Positions 27,451-40,528 are shown, counted from the stretch's first letter. The stretch: 64,000 bases of DNA from Eledone cirrhosa (GCA_964016885.1 OZ024740.1:151156001-151220000), one strand, 5' to 3'. Numbers and translations are program-made. Notes: generated by a model not told the origin, from the sequence alone.

Positions 27451-27555
27451 TAAATAATGTCACTTTGACGAATCAAAGAAAGGAAAAAAAAAAGAAAAAC
27501 AGACCGTAAAATATATTTTCCGTGCTATTTCCAGCTTTACCTTCTCACTCTCACC

Positions 27556-27586
<31 letters not shown>

Positions 27587-27616
27587 GCTCTCTCTCTCTC
27601 TATATATATATATATA

Positions 27617-28217
<601 letters not shown>

Positions 28218-28314
28218 TAAAATGCTCGGATCTATTCATTGGAATCTTGGAGCATATTCTACAGTGGATATGGCGCATGTCTCTCTGACATGACACCCTT
28301 AATCTAATTTAATT

Positions 28315-28343
<29 letters not shown>

Positions 28344-28345
<2 letters not shown>

Positions 28346-29202
28346 ATAAAACATGTCTATAGAATCACCAGATAAAATATATACCATTTCCTCTCCCAAT
28401 TAGCATAATTAACTATATAAAAAATCGAATAGACCAGGCTATAAGAATAAGGGTTCTATGAAGAAATCTCCAACAAATAACCGAAACTAGCCCTTCGCAT
28501 CGGCCGCAACGGAATATTTATCGAATATTTCGACAGCGTAATCGCCCAGATACAGTCAATTAAACAGAATTAGGTGTAAAATAAGCTAGGAGAAAATAGA
28601 ATACATTTAAAGACCTCTACCATGGTTTCGTCCGCGTTTTGAGATTTCCAATAACTTTGTAACTCAAGCATCGGACTCTTCAGGAGATTTGCTCTGTTCC
28701 AGACACAAAATTTTCCAAAGTGATCGCGCCAAGAATTCATTCAAAATGGCTAAGAATCGTGACGTAGCAGCGGTTAGGTTGGAAGGGGTGTGGTAGTTGC
28801 TTACGGCTGGTGGCTTTTTGCTAGAAAACACAGCACAATACAGCCAAATTTGTATCTCAACCTAATGGGAGATTATTACATATAAAAGTTTACATATATA
28901 TATATATACATACATACATATACGTGTTTTGCAACGGGTCACATTGTGGCTCAATGAAAAGTTAATAAATTAAATAATCAAAGCTATATATCATAAAACA
29001 TGTCTATAGAATCACCAGATAAAATATATACCATTTCCTTTCCCAATTAGCATAATTAACTATATAAAAAATCGAATAGACCAGGCTATAAGAATAAGGC
29101 TTCTGGTGATTCTGGTGATTCTATAGACATGGTTTATGATACATAGCTCTGATTATTTATTAACTTTTCATTGAGCCACAATGTGACCCGTTGCAAAACA
29201 CG

Positions 29203-29205
<3 letters not shown>
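28344..29205 (-). mobile_element. Non-coding HHR element, ~647-bp unit with terminal direct repeat and inverted segment
   Basis: 28344-28450 repeats at 28991-29100. 29112-29205 is the reverse complement of 28920-29018. It carries an internal HHR. Confidence 0.85.
28613..28688 (-). ncRNA. Type I hammerhead ribozyme motif, canonical core
   Basis: Minus strand: atctc-CTGAAGA-gtccg...cggac-GAAA-ccatgg-TA-gaggt. Stems I and II pair, and stem III is palindromic. Confidence 0.88.
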
Positions 29206-29234
<29 letters not shown>

Positions 29235-29306
29235 TGTATGTATGTATGTATGTATGTATGTATGTATGTATGTATGTATGTATGTATGTATATATATATA
29301 TGTAAA

Positions 29307-29351
<45 letters not shown>

Positions 29352-29737
29352 ATATTTGAACGAAATGCCTGTTGTGAAAGTGGTTTTCCTCGTTCATCTT
29401 TCTACCAGTAGCCGAATATTTTTTATGGAAGCTGACCGTAACTGATTTAGGAGCCGCAGAAACCAAAAAGCTGGAATTTACCATCATTCTAGCGGGTCCG
29501 GGTAAAGATTTTTCATTCATTTATTTTATTATTTGTCTGACCCGAATTTTCTTGGTCGTTTTTTTCGGCTGTGCGAGTAATTTTAAGCATTATCTCTGTG
29601 TGTTGGTATTTAAACGATAGTTATAGCTCTGGTTTATCCAAACTATTGAGCCCTTTGCCACGCATTTCGAAGATTGTGTTTCGTTGTTTCGTGGGCCGAA
29701 ATTCCGAATTTCGATGATTTATTTATATATATATATA

Positions 29738-30620
29738 TATCTTTAAGTCGTTTGGAAGCCTCGACAATGCAAATGGGTAAATCTCCGGGTAACAAGATCC
29801 GGTGGTGGAGAGAGAGATGTAAGTGGGTGTACGTTGAGATGCGTGGTGTGTAAAGATGTGTAAATGTGTAGAAGAAAGAAGGGAGGAGTATAAATAACCG
29901 ATTAGAGAGAAGCGAAATGAGATGGCTGGTTTAAGTTAACAAACGATGTAGCAACACACAACACACGCACACACAAACGAGACAGCTACACACACACACA
30001 CACACACAGTAGCATTCCACCATACGAACATACTACACTGCCAATACAGAGGAACAAGGCAACTACACACGCGCGCACACACACACACTCAAGCGAGACA
30101 ACAACACACGCACACACACACACAGTAACATTTAACAAACAGGCATAGAATGGACTGACAGCTAGCGCCACCCCACTCCCTCATTCGGCCGCTGACATCT
30201 GCCCGACCGACCCCATTTCACGCGCACGCGCACTCTGCCGAATACCTCAGTTATTCAAAACAACAAACAGCGGAGGACGCGTTTCGCACCTGTCCGACAG
30301 ACAACCTTTACCCCGGAAAAAAAACCCAGTTGATGGATGTGAATCCGAAATATATAGGGACTATCAAATCTCTCCCAAGGTAACTCTCTCTTGTGTTGTT
30401 ATTTTTATTTTATCCTTTATACTCTTCCCTTTTTTCTTCTACACATTTACACATCTTTACACACCACGCTTCTCAACGTACACCCACTTACATCTCTTTC
30501 TCCACCACCGGATCTTGTTACCCGGAGATTTACCCATTTGCATTGTCGAGGCTTCCAAACGACTTAAAGATATTTATTTATTATTCCACAATGCTTCAAG
30601 CAAACTTCAATACTATCTTA
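29738..30620 (+). mobile_element. Non-coding element with inverted terminal copy (PLE-like architecture)
   Basis: 29740-29893 is the reverse complement of ~30415-30572. A decayed HHR-like motif lies at 30325-30359 (ggat gtga atcc GAAA tata TA gg). Confidence 0.65.
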
Positions 30621-30767
30621 TATATATATATATATATATTTATTAAAATAACAGATTAAAGTTTAAGCAAAGAATTGCTGCTTTCACCCTTAACGGGATC
30701 TTCTGAAACTAACAAGGTCAATCTGTAAACGTAGAAGTAGATATTTCAAGAGACGTTGCAACCGGAG

Positions 30768-31160
30768 GCTAGTAACATTGTCCACAAATGTAAGGTTTAA
30801 ACACCCACGTCCCGTAGGGCCTACATAGGGTTAACCGCCAATAGATTCAAGCAGCGTCTTTACATGCATACCCATTCTTTTCGTTACCCTCTAAGAAGGA
30901 ATATGACGTCACTTTCAGCTTATATCTGAAGTCTAAAAGACAACCACACCCAATATAAGTTACACTGGGAGATCCTAGCTAGGGCTAGATCGTATAACGG
31001 AAATAAAAGACCATGTGACCTCTGCGCCTCTGAGGCCCTGGAAATACTCTACGCCACAGACCACATCTTAAACAAAACATCTGAGGCAATTTTGTCTTGT
31101 AAACGTAAATTGTACAAAACTTTCCTGAATTACAGCCCCACGTTTTACCCTAAAAGATAG
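30768..31160 (+). pseudogene. GIY-YIG endonuclease relic (not in the ORF track)
   Basis: Manual translation SNIVHKCKV*TPTSRRAYIGLTANRFKQRLYMHTHSF...TSLSAYI*SLKD...HWEIL...CDLCASE...LNKTSE...SCKRK aligns with the C-terminus of ORF 37341-38312. Confidence 0.9.
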
Positions 31161-32102
31161 TACGATGTATACGTGGATATTTTACGTCTTGATGTGGTAG
31201 CTAAGTATATGTTTTGTTTATACCATAACTTATTTGCATAGGTAAGTATATATTACCTGTATGTTTTGTGAAAGTACGTATACTTTCTCGTACGTATATT
31301 TGATTGTATATGTTATGGCGTATAATTTTTTATATATTCTGGTACATTTGGTTTGGTTATGTGTATACGGGAGTTTTGCGTCTGTGTGAGTATGCAGGTT
31401 CGTACGTATGTAGGATGTGTGTATATGTGTATTTCATGTTTTGGTTGACGTACGTCTCCGAACATTTGTGTATTTACATGTAGGTATGTGTGTGCGCTTG
31501 TTATATACGTATTTATTTATTTATATACGTTTATTTAATTATTTATTTATTTGTATACACGCACACACACACACACATATTTATATGAGCGTGGATTTGT
31601 ATACCTATGGCAAGTGTTTTCGCGTATGCTTGTGTATGTATGTATTTGCATGCGTGTATGTATTTATTTAATTTCTATTACCTCTGTATTGTATTTTATT
31701 TACTTTATTCTTAACTCTGAAGCGGCGATTCATTCGGTTTCCTAGTTAGAATTTTAGTCTACGACTTCAGCTATACCATTTACGTGGGTTTGTCTTTGCA
31801 TGCAATTGTTCTCCACGCTCCACATATGACGTATTATCTTCGTTTTTTCCGTTCATTCCCAGAGAACGTCTCTATGAACCACCTAAGAGAACATTAGTCT
31901 ACGACTTCTTTTATACCATAAACGTGGTTCTGTCTTTGAGCGTAATTGTTTTTCACCGCTCCTATTAATGACGTATTATATTCGTTTTCTCCCGTTCTTT
32001 GCCAGGGAACGTTTCCACGAACTAAAGTATCGTCTTCCTGTCTTCCTCCGGTTGCAACGTTTTTTGAAATATCCACTTCTGCGTTTACAGATTGACTTTG
32101 TT

Positions 32103-32153
32103 AGTTTCAGAAGATCCCGTTAAGGGTGAAAGCAGCGATTCTTTGCTTAAACT
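32103..32153 (+). ncRNA. Hammerhead-like motif with CAGAAGA core
   Basis: agttt-CAGAAGA-tccc gttaa gggt-GAAA-gcag cgattct ttgc-TT-aaact. The same core is present at ~30661-30711 (-) and ~60160-60210 (+). Confidence 0.65.
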
Positions 32154-32260
32154 TTAATCTGTTATTTTAATAAATATTTGCTCTACGGTTCTTATATATT
32201 TGATATATATTTATCCTTATCGAGCGCTCTTTGGATTTTAGTCTTCAAATTTATTATTAT

Positions 32261-32327
<67 letters not shown>

Positions 32328-32328
<1 letters not shown>

Positions 32329-32589
32329 GATATTAACAAATGGAAACTATATTTATAAAACCATATCTATTTTATTATACATAATTCAAGGATACCATGT
32401 TAAGTTATGGTATGCTTTCATCAGACAAAATACAATATATACCAGTTTTATAAATAAATTTTAACATATCGCAGATATATATATATAAAAGACAGCGAGA
32501 AGCGAAAACCAACCACACAGTGAGTGTGTTCTGTTATTAATTCTGGCAATATTACGCAAATATGACCCTCCCCAAATATAACAATATAT

Positions 32590-32687
<98 letters not shown>

Positions 32688-32810
32688 AAATATATAGGGA
32701 TATAAAATATACGGAAGCGAAAACCAACCCACATGGAGAAAGTGAGTGTGTTTTATTATATATTTCTTGCAACCTTATAACTACATGACCCTCCCCAAAT
32801 ATAACGATAT
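32328..32810. mobile_element. Cluster of short pLTR fragments in (TA)n
   Basis: 32330-32465 resembles 56598-56725. 32485-32590 and 32715-32805 resemble the Neptune pLTR at 22560-22662. Confidence 0.75.
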
Positions 32811-33467
32811 AGATATAGATAGAGGTATATATATATATGTATGTAAAAGGTAAATAGAAATAACAACACAGTCGGTACAGTATATGGAAGGAATATATTA
32901 GGTCAACGCTTGAAATAGCAGGAAGTGTGTCTAAACCTTTCGGACGTTAGTCCTTCATTGAAGAAGATAGATATACCACTGATTCCTGTTCTGGCGAGAA
33001 TCGGCCTCGAGATCAACTCGTACAATTCTGATGTTGTGAATGTCAACCACGAAGAAGCCTGAGTGGGAATTTGTTTCTTTGTGTTCGGACTTGGTGTATA
33101 TGTGTATATTTATTGATCGTAATTACACAGACACAACATATTTGATAAACCTAGAATTAGACACTTATTTTATACATGTGTATATTTCATCCACCAATAC
33201 CACCAATATTCTACACTAACTCCCCATGCACCCACCTTCGTATTCACCACATGACTTCCACTGACCAGTTACATTTTCTATGGCTAAATTCCTATTTTTC
33301 TATAGCTTCACTCACTACTACGCTTTATCGCCTTCTCTTTCTACCCCCTCTCTACTGCAACTACCCCACCCTGCCTATCCTATCAGAATTAACCCTCCAC
33401 AATAAAATCTTACACCCTCCACCCAAGTCTTCCTTATTTATACTGTGTCTGCCATTGAAACGTTAGT

Positions 33468-33517
33468 TCTTGTCTGATGACCTTGTGATAAACAAGCGAA
33501 ACTTCAGAGTAAGAAGA
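33468..33517 (+). ncRNA. Minimal type I hammerhead motif
   Basis: tcttgt-CTGATGA-ccttg tgataaa caagc-GAAA-cttcagag-TA-agaaga. It lies shortly upstream of an A-rich tail and (TA)n. Confidence 0.75.
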
Positions 33518-33581
33518 TTCACTTTTTAGCTTTAATAAAAAAATAAATAAATAAATATGTAATATATATATATATATATAT

Positions 33582-33664
33582 GAGAAAGTATGATCCCGAC
33601 GGCAGAGCTCAAGCCGTTTCGACGGTTATGGTCCATCTGGTTCCTTACCACAACTCCTTCGTTA
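33582..33664. mobile_element. Family C fragment
   Basis: Shares cccgacggc.gagctcaagccgtttcgac and ttatggtccatctggttccttaccac with 38724-38884, 42647-42844 and 60666-60861. Confidence 0.75.
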
Positions 33665-33682
33665 TATATATATATATATATA

Positions 33683-34168
33683 CTGTTATACTTTGGGAGG
33701 GTCATGTTGCCAATAAGAAACACACGCACTAGTAGCTTTCACTTCAATTTATTATAATAAATTTATAAATTTAGGAATTTATAAATTTCCGGTTGGTTGG
33801 TTGGATCCACAACCAGATGATTATTTATATATTGTCAAAGTTCTTTCGTCACACATTCTGTGACCTCTTCAGTGACTGGGGATTCTTTTCTTTGTTTTTG
33901 TGCCTCTCCTTTGTTCTGTCTTACGCCATCTTCCATCAAGATGTGACGAAAGAACTTTGACAATATATAAACAATCATCTGGTTGTGGAACCAACCAACC
34001 AACCGGAAATTTATAAATTCCTAAATTTATAAATTTATTATAATAAATTAAAGTGACACAACTGGTGCGTGTGTTTCTTTTTGGCAACATAACCCACCCA
34101 AAGTATAACAATATCGGTTTCAACACACGTTTTCAGATAAAGAATCTTGCTAAACAAATTCAGAATTG

Positions 34169-34170
<2 letters not shown>
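33683..34170. mobile_element. Fold-back pair of pLTRs from a sister Neptune-type family
   Basis: 33683-33855 is inverted to 33942-34110. The right end encodes PKYNNIGFNTRFQIKNLAKQI, homologous to the N-terminus of ORF 22640. Confidence 0.85.
33834..33876 (-). ncRNA. Minimal type I hammerhead motif, canonical core
   Basis: Minus strand: gtca-CTGAAGA-g gtcac agaatgt gtgac-GAAA-gaac-TT-tgac. Confidence 0.82.
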
Positions 34171-34212
<42 letters not shown>

Positions 34213-34244
34213 ATTATATCTATATATAAAATATATATATATAT

Positions 34245-34870
34245 AAAAACATTTTGAAGACCTTGCCCTATTATTTTAAAGTAGTGACTATGTCACATAT
34301 ATCTAAGCTGACAGATCTGTTTCACACTGTTGGTGATCCTGCGAGCGTAGCACTCGCCGATGTTTGTTGAAAATGTTTGGATGTTTGTTATAGATGCAGA
34401 TGTTTGTTGCAAAAAGAAATAAGTGACTATGTCACTACTTTAAAATAATAGCGCAAGATCTTCAAAATCTATTTAATTAAGTATGCAGTATATTGCCAAC
34501 TATACTATATATATATATATTCATGTATACATCGCTATTTCAGAGCACCAATTCTAATTTTCAATTTTTGCTGGACCGGCAATCGCCCTGTATAATCAGT
34601 TCGTGATTATTACTGGAATTCTATAAGAAACCAGCATCTCTAATTTTCAACAAACATCGGTGAGTGCTAAGCTCTGATCATCACCAACAGTGTGAAACAG
34701 ATCTGTCAGCTTATCTCCCTTTGTTTGTTGAAAAAAGAAGTAAGTGACATAGTCACTACTTTAAACTTAGTGTAAGGTCTTCAAAATGTTTTTAATTAAG
34801 CATACAGTATATTGCCAAATATACTATATATATTCATGTATATATCGTTATTTCAGAGCACCAATTCTAA
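34245..34870. repeat. Compound direct (~320-bp period) and inverted repeat element
   Basis: 34401-34558 repeats at 34722-34870. 34305-34375 is inverted to 34642-34712, and 34252-34296 is inverted to 34423-34468. Confidence 0.8.
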
Positions 34871-34884
34871 TATATATATATATA

Positions 34885-35020
34885 TAGAAGTGGTTAACAA
34901 CAGTTAGTTCACCATACCGAGAACAATTGTTTCACCTTAGCGGATTTCAGCTCGTAAATCCGTTAAGGTGAAGCAATTGTTCTCTGTATGGTGAACTAAC
35001 TGTTGTGTAACCACTTCTAC
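34885..35020. repeat. ~135-bp near-perfect hairpin
   Basis: The arms tagaagtggtta...ggattt and aaatcc...accacttcta flank a loop of about 7 nt. Confidence 0.9.
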
Positions 35021-35080
35021 TTAACGCGGCCCATGGACTGAGTGCTCTACCACTACGTATATTACCTTCCAGTGCACTAC

Positions 35081-35145
<65 letters not shown>

Positions 35146-35364
35146 TCTAGGATCTGAAGCGCGCTAATATTGAATACACACTACAATGGTCCGTGCTATA
35201 ATTTTCCCGTCTATATTGGAATGAAGGATGCCCCTGTGAATTATTTTTTTGCGGCGGTAATTGAAATAGCGACCGGAAAGGACTTTGTAAATACCCGGCA
35301 CGATAGGGTGTCTAATTGCAAACACAAGGTTCTAAAAACCTTCGCTAAATACAAACTGGACTGA
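35146..35364 (+). pseudogene. C-terminal relic of a Naiad-type GIY-YIG domain
   Basis: I*DLKRANIEYTLQWSVL...CPCEL/FAAVIEIATGKDFVNTRHDRVSNCKHKVLKTF aligns with 30925-31130 and 38090-38290. Confidence 0.7.
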
Positions 35365-36161
35365 ACAAGTTTCAATCCCTAATACCTAGGTTTTATTATA
35401 TACTATTTGATACATTTCTTGTGGCATTTGATCTTTTCTCACCCAATGGATTCAGTAATATTCAAAACATTCCATTTTCTTAATTCCTTTGCTCCTTACC
35501 TACTCTAGCCTACTCTTAATCTCTATCTTATCTTTCTCTGTCCTTCTCCTTATACCTTCTATTACTCCCATACATGGTAAACATCAAAATTTTCACCCAT
35601 ACCAATGGTCAAAGAATAATTGTTCCATATCACAGCACACAGTTTGATAATGTGAAACAATTTACCACCACTCCCTCTCCTCTCTACTATCAAACGAACT
35701 GACTGTATTTCATGTTATTTTTAACTTATTTACGTTTTCTTAAACGAAAATCCTATTGCTGAATTCTACCGCATAGTAATATTTGACCTCCACTACTATA
35801 GGCTTTCTGATGAAGTGTAATAAATAATTAAGTATTGCATATCATTGATCAATATATATTGTAGTCAGCATATATAGAAAATTATAATAGACAAAGAAAC
35901 ATATGTTATAGCAAATATATTCCTATTTCTCCTTCACGCCGAATTTTTATTTTTCTTCGTGCAATACTTGCTTATACTAATACACTCTCTGATCTCTTCT
36001 GGACCTATATACCATATTCACCTGCTCGGATATTTATGCTATATGATTCAAAGGATACCGTCGAGTCAAACTTTCTGGTAAGCAGCTTTCTTGTTTAAGT
36101 ATTCATTCCTGATATACATAAACAAAACCTTATCAACCTTACACATACACGGCACACACGG

Positions 36162-36325
<164 letters not shown>

Positions 36326-36357
36326 CCTGAAATTCATCCAGTTTGATATAGATAGCT

Positions 36358-38312
36358 ACTACGCCTCTATCTCCCCCATACTCTTAAATAAGGCACTTAT
36401 CTTAGCTAGATCTAACACTAGCCTCACCAAAAAAGAAATAGACATAATTCTAGCGGGACGTAGAACCATTATCCAGTTCGAAGGCTCCCACTGGACCAGA
36501 ACCAACCGTCCTGATAACTTCGATGTCACGATGGGGTCCAGCGACTCAGCGCAAGCAACTGACCTGGTTGGGATATACCTCCTACATAAGCTTAGGGAAG
36601 AAATACCGGCCCTACAAGGAGGTGTATATAGGGACGACGCCCTGTTTACCTTTAGGAACCATAGCCCCCGTAGGATAGAGAACCTTAACAAACATATACA
36701 CAGGTTCTTTAAGTCATACGGCCTATCCGTAACTATGGACCTCAACCACAGGGTTGTCAACTTCCTGGACGTGACCCTGGAGTTGAGTACGGGCTTATAC
36801 AAGCCATACCATAAGCCTGGAGAGTGCCTCTCTTATATTAATTATGCCTCCAACCACCCTAAGCAGACTCTCAACTCCATAGTCTATAGTATCTCACATA
36901 GAATCTCGAGGCTATCCGCCAATGAGGATATCTTCAACCAAGCGGCTGATTACTACAATAGGGCCCTGATAAGCGCCGGCTTTAACCGAGGAATTTCCTA
37001 CATCCCTAACGCTAGCTCTAGAAACCACCCCCCTCATAAAACTAACGTTATAGTAAGCCATACCTATAACCGATCACGCGGCGACCTCATTAAAGTCGGA
37101 TATAATAGAATAGATAACCGCACCAAAGATCACGACCCCGGCGACGGTGAACACTGTAGATTACTCGAACTATTCCCCTATTACAAAACCAACAAAGGCG
37201 ACAGCCTACTACCAACGCCTTCCAACCAACATCTTCGTGTACATAAACATGGAAGAGGTAGGAAGAGTGCACCCGAGCATAAAGTGAAAGGGGCACCGAA
37301 CGGACGACAGCACTTAACACACATAAGAGCGATCACTTAGATGGAACCACCCGTAGCAAAAGTACAAGGACACGTAATCGCCACCGTAACGTCCTATGGT
37401 TCCACCCCCTCCCCCTACTCTCGAAGTGTGGCCTCCAACATACCCCGGATATTCTTCGAAGCCTTAGAGAAGAACTTCCCACCCAACCATAGGTATAGAA
37501 AAATTCTTAATAGGAACAATATAAAAATATCTTTCTCTACTACTCCTAACCTAGCAGACATCATAGGAACAACGAACCACAGTAAGATCACCAAGACACA
37601 GCACCTCGACGCAGACGCACCTACACCTGACAATAACTGTATCGGCCTTAACAACTCCCTGACAGCATCCAATAGTGTTGGCAACGGCATCCGCAGACGC
37701 AACCAGAATGACCGCGAAGTGACTGGGGAGCATGCAAAACATGGCGTGCGGAATAACAATCGCACCATCCCGCGTGCTGTGGGTTGTAATTGTGCTAACG
37801 ACAGCTGCGGTAGCGCAGCTAGCAACGTAGGCAGCAACAATGATAGCCTTATCGTGGGAAATAGACGGAACAGCGACAGAAATTGCAACTGCCGCGACAG
37901 AGGACGGTGCCCCCTTAGAGGATACTGCTTGACCGATAGGGTTATATATAGATGCACTATTACTAGCCACAATAGCGTTAAACATTATATAGGGGCCACC
38001 TCCGGCCCGTTCAAAATTAGGTTTCGAACACATCTCCACTCTTTCACAAATAGAAAACTAAGGCACTCCACCTCGCTCGCGGACTACATCACATCACTAA
38101 AGGACTTAAACATTAGCTTCTCCACGCACTGGGAGATTGTCGACAGGGCTGCACCGTACAACTTCAAGAGGAAATGCGATCTTTGCCTCATGGAGCTCTA
38201 CCACATCATAACTGCACCCCACGAGCTCATCAACAGCAGAGCTGAAACAGCGATAAGTTGTACACATCGCTTAAAAATATCCTTCTTTAGATGGGTTAAG
38301 AATGAAGAGTGA
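36358..38312 (+). pseudogene. PLE RT C-terminal half plus GIY-YIG endonuclease, frameshifted
   Basis: FDVTMGSSDSAQATDLVGIYLL, GVYRDD, VNFLDVTLEL, SNHP, RNVLWFHP/PYS (split by a frameshift at ~37410), CNCR..CPL.G.CL...VIYRC..YIGAT..FK.RF..H, CDLCL.E. Confidence 0.92.
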
Positions 38313-38564
38313 AATAGCACACTGGATCTCCCTGCAACAAGTCTTAACACCCCGGCGGGCAGGCGCAGCAAAATAACACCCAGAAAACAATCCCTGCATA
38401 CCAAAAATTATCCGGGAAAGACTGCCCTAACACCGGCCAAAGTTACCTCCCTTGACCTGCTGCAAAATCAAAACAAGATATTTTTGCGAACAATGAATCT
38501 TGATGTGGATTTAACCCCCAAAACTCTTTCCGAACTATATAAGGAACACTTGTGATTGTTTATG

Positions 38565-38601
38565 CCCTTGAGAAGCCCAACTGGGCGAAACGTACGTAGG
38601 T
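38565..38601 (+). ncRNA. Minimal hammerhead motif with U3-A8 core
   Basis: ccc-TTGAGAA-gccc aact gggc-GAAA-cgtacg-TA-gg. Confidence 0.7.
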
Positions 38602-38687
38602 GATATTTTAAATAAACATGTTTTAACGGTCTATTCTCCGATTTTTCACTTTCCCACGTATATATATATATATGTATGTATATATAT

Positions 38688-38723
<36 letters not shown>

Positions 38724-38726
<3 letters not shown>

Positions 38727-38884
38727 AACAAGACCCCGATGGCTGAGTTCAAGCTGTTGGTCGAAACGGCTTGAGCTCAGCCGTCGGGGTCTTACTTGTT
38801 CCTATTACCCACTCTACTACCCTAAGTATTGAGTACTTTGGTGCGTTATGGTCCACCTGGTTTCTTACCACATTTCCTTCGTTA
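38724..38884. mobile_element. Family C fold-back
   Basis: Short inverted arms surround gtcgaaacggcttgagctcagccgtcggggtc. Confidence 0.8.
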
Positions 38885-38980
38885 TATATATACATATATA
38901 ACGCGGACTTACTGGAGGTTCACCCGGGTGAGCACTCGATGTTTAAGTTCATGTCTGTATATATATATATATATGTATAT

Positions 38981-39285
38981 AGAAAAAGAGATGAAATCGA
39001 AAATGCAACTGGAGTCTTATTTTTTTTTTAAATATATATATTTATTTGGTTCCTTTACAGGTTTCGCAGTTCTTCTGCTTTTCAAAAGGTGAGTTGAGAT
39101 GGAGGGTCTGTTGTTTTTCTCACAGAAGAACTGCGAAACCGGTAAAGGAACCAAATAAATATATATATTTTTTTAAAAAATAAGACTCCAGTTGCATTTT
39201 CGATTTCATCTCTTTTTCTTTATACTTTCACTCGTGTAGGACACCTCGGTTATTTTTCATTTTGTAAAAAAAACCTCACTTTCTA
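38981..39285. mobile_element. Family A fold-back pair
   Basis: A minus-sense partial copy runs to 39123 and is followed by an inverted copy at 39124-39285. Confidence 0.85.
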
Positions 39286-39305
39286 ATATATGTATATATA
39301 TATAC

Positions 39306-40135
39306 AAATAAAATGTAGAGTTATACACTCATAATAATTGTTTCTACTTTAGGCACAAGGCCAGCAATTACCCAGTGCATTACTGGTACTTTATTTTATC
39401 GACCCCGTAAGGATGAAAGGCAAAGTCAACCTCGGCGGGATTTGAACTCAGATCATAAAGGGACGTAACTATGCTGGAAAGCATGGCGTCAAACCCTCTA
39501 CCGATACTGCCAATCCACCGCCCTCATAATAATACCCTGTAATAATTAAGCTCAAAGTAAAAATATTGACCATTTTATTATATATATAGGAATAAACACA
39601 GTAAATTGTGTGTTTAGAATTACGAGGGTAGTAAGACCACGTTGGTTTGACGAATATAAACCCTGAATCAAACGGAAATTACAAGATAAAATTAAAATGA
39701 ACTGACCGTTTCAATAACTATTACCTCCCGGACAGATTAGAGATTAATCTGTTTCGCCCTGAAAAGTTTGTTTGTAACAGATAACCCGGAAGCAGTCCTC
39801 GGTGGGAGATGAGATTATGTGCGACAAACACCTATGAGAGTAGGTAAACTAAATAAATACGAGGGAATTAAATACCTCGTCTGTCCGTCGTTTCAAGTGG
39901 CGTGCGCGGATTGTAAAACGGCTATAAATAATAGCCTAAATTCACCCAACTTGTTAGCTCGACAAATCCAGTAGCCACAATTCAAATAAAATGCAGTTAT
40001 ACACTTATACTAATACCCTGTAATAATTATGCTCAAAGTAAAATACTGAGCATTTAATAATATATATATTATATATATTATATATATATTAATACCCTTG
40101 TAATGCTAAACACAATTTACTGTGTGTATTCCTAT
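39306..40135. mobile_element. Non-coding element with terminal direct repeat and inverted segment, interrupted by a SINE
   Basis: 39306-39330 plus 39526-39580 repeat at 39984-40060. 39583-39630 is inverted to 40092-40137. Confidence 0.7.
39334..39524 (-). mobile_element. Full-length tRNA-derived SINE (Nin-domain-like) with target site duplication
   Basis: The minus-strand head reads gggcggtggattggcagtatcgg...gagttcaaatccc. ctcataataat is duplicated at 39328-39338 and 39523-39533. Confidence 0.9.
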
Positions 40136-40176
40136 ATATATATATATATATATATAAATATATATATATATTTATA

Positions 40177-40266
<90 letters not shown>

Positions 40267-40275
<9 letters not shown>

Positions 40276-40403
40276 TATTAGAAATGTAAGCTATCGCCGT
40301 ATTTTTCCATTTCTCCGAGGGTTCTTAACCCCACTATCAGGCTAAATAATTTCTTCAATTTCTTTAGTCAAAATACGGGCAATAGCTTACATTTCTAATA
40401 ATT
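40267..40403. repeat. Short inverted-repeat element (~30-bp arms)
   Basis: attattagaaatgtaagctatcgccgtattt pairs with aaatacgggcaatagcttacatttctaataat. Confidence 0.75.
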
Positions 40404-40457
40404 TCAAACCCACTCGCTATTTCGAAAATGTCCATATATATATATATATGTAATTAT

Positions 40458-40528
<71 letters not shown>

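Larger units (their letters stand above)
30638..32250 (+). mobile_element. 5'-truncated Naiad-type PLE with inverted 3' segment (family E)
   Basis: 30638-30768 is the reverse complement of 32044-32176. It contains a GIY-YIG relic, a ~140-bp tandem duplication (31753-32030) and an HHR-like motif. Confidence 0.85.
36345..38660 (+). mobile_element. 5'-truncated Naiad-type Penelope-like element
   Basis: RT and GIY-YIG coding remnants are followed by a 3' UTR with an HHR-like motif; the element is flanked by (TA)n. Confidence 0.88.

Noticed and set aside
32925-32970. Possible minus-strand hammerhead (ggac taac gtcc GAAA)
   Set aside because: The core is too degenerate and stem I is not convincing.
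35800-35895. CTGATGA downstream of the Naiad relic as a hammerhead
   Set aside because: I could not assign stems I and III reliably by eye.
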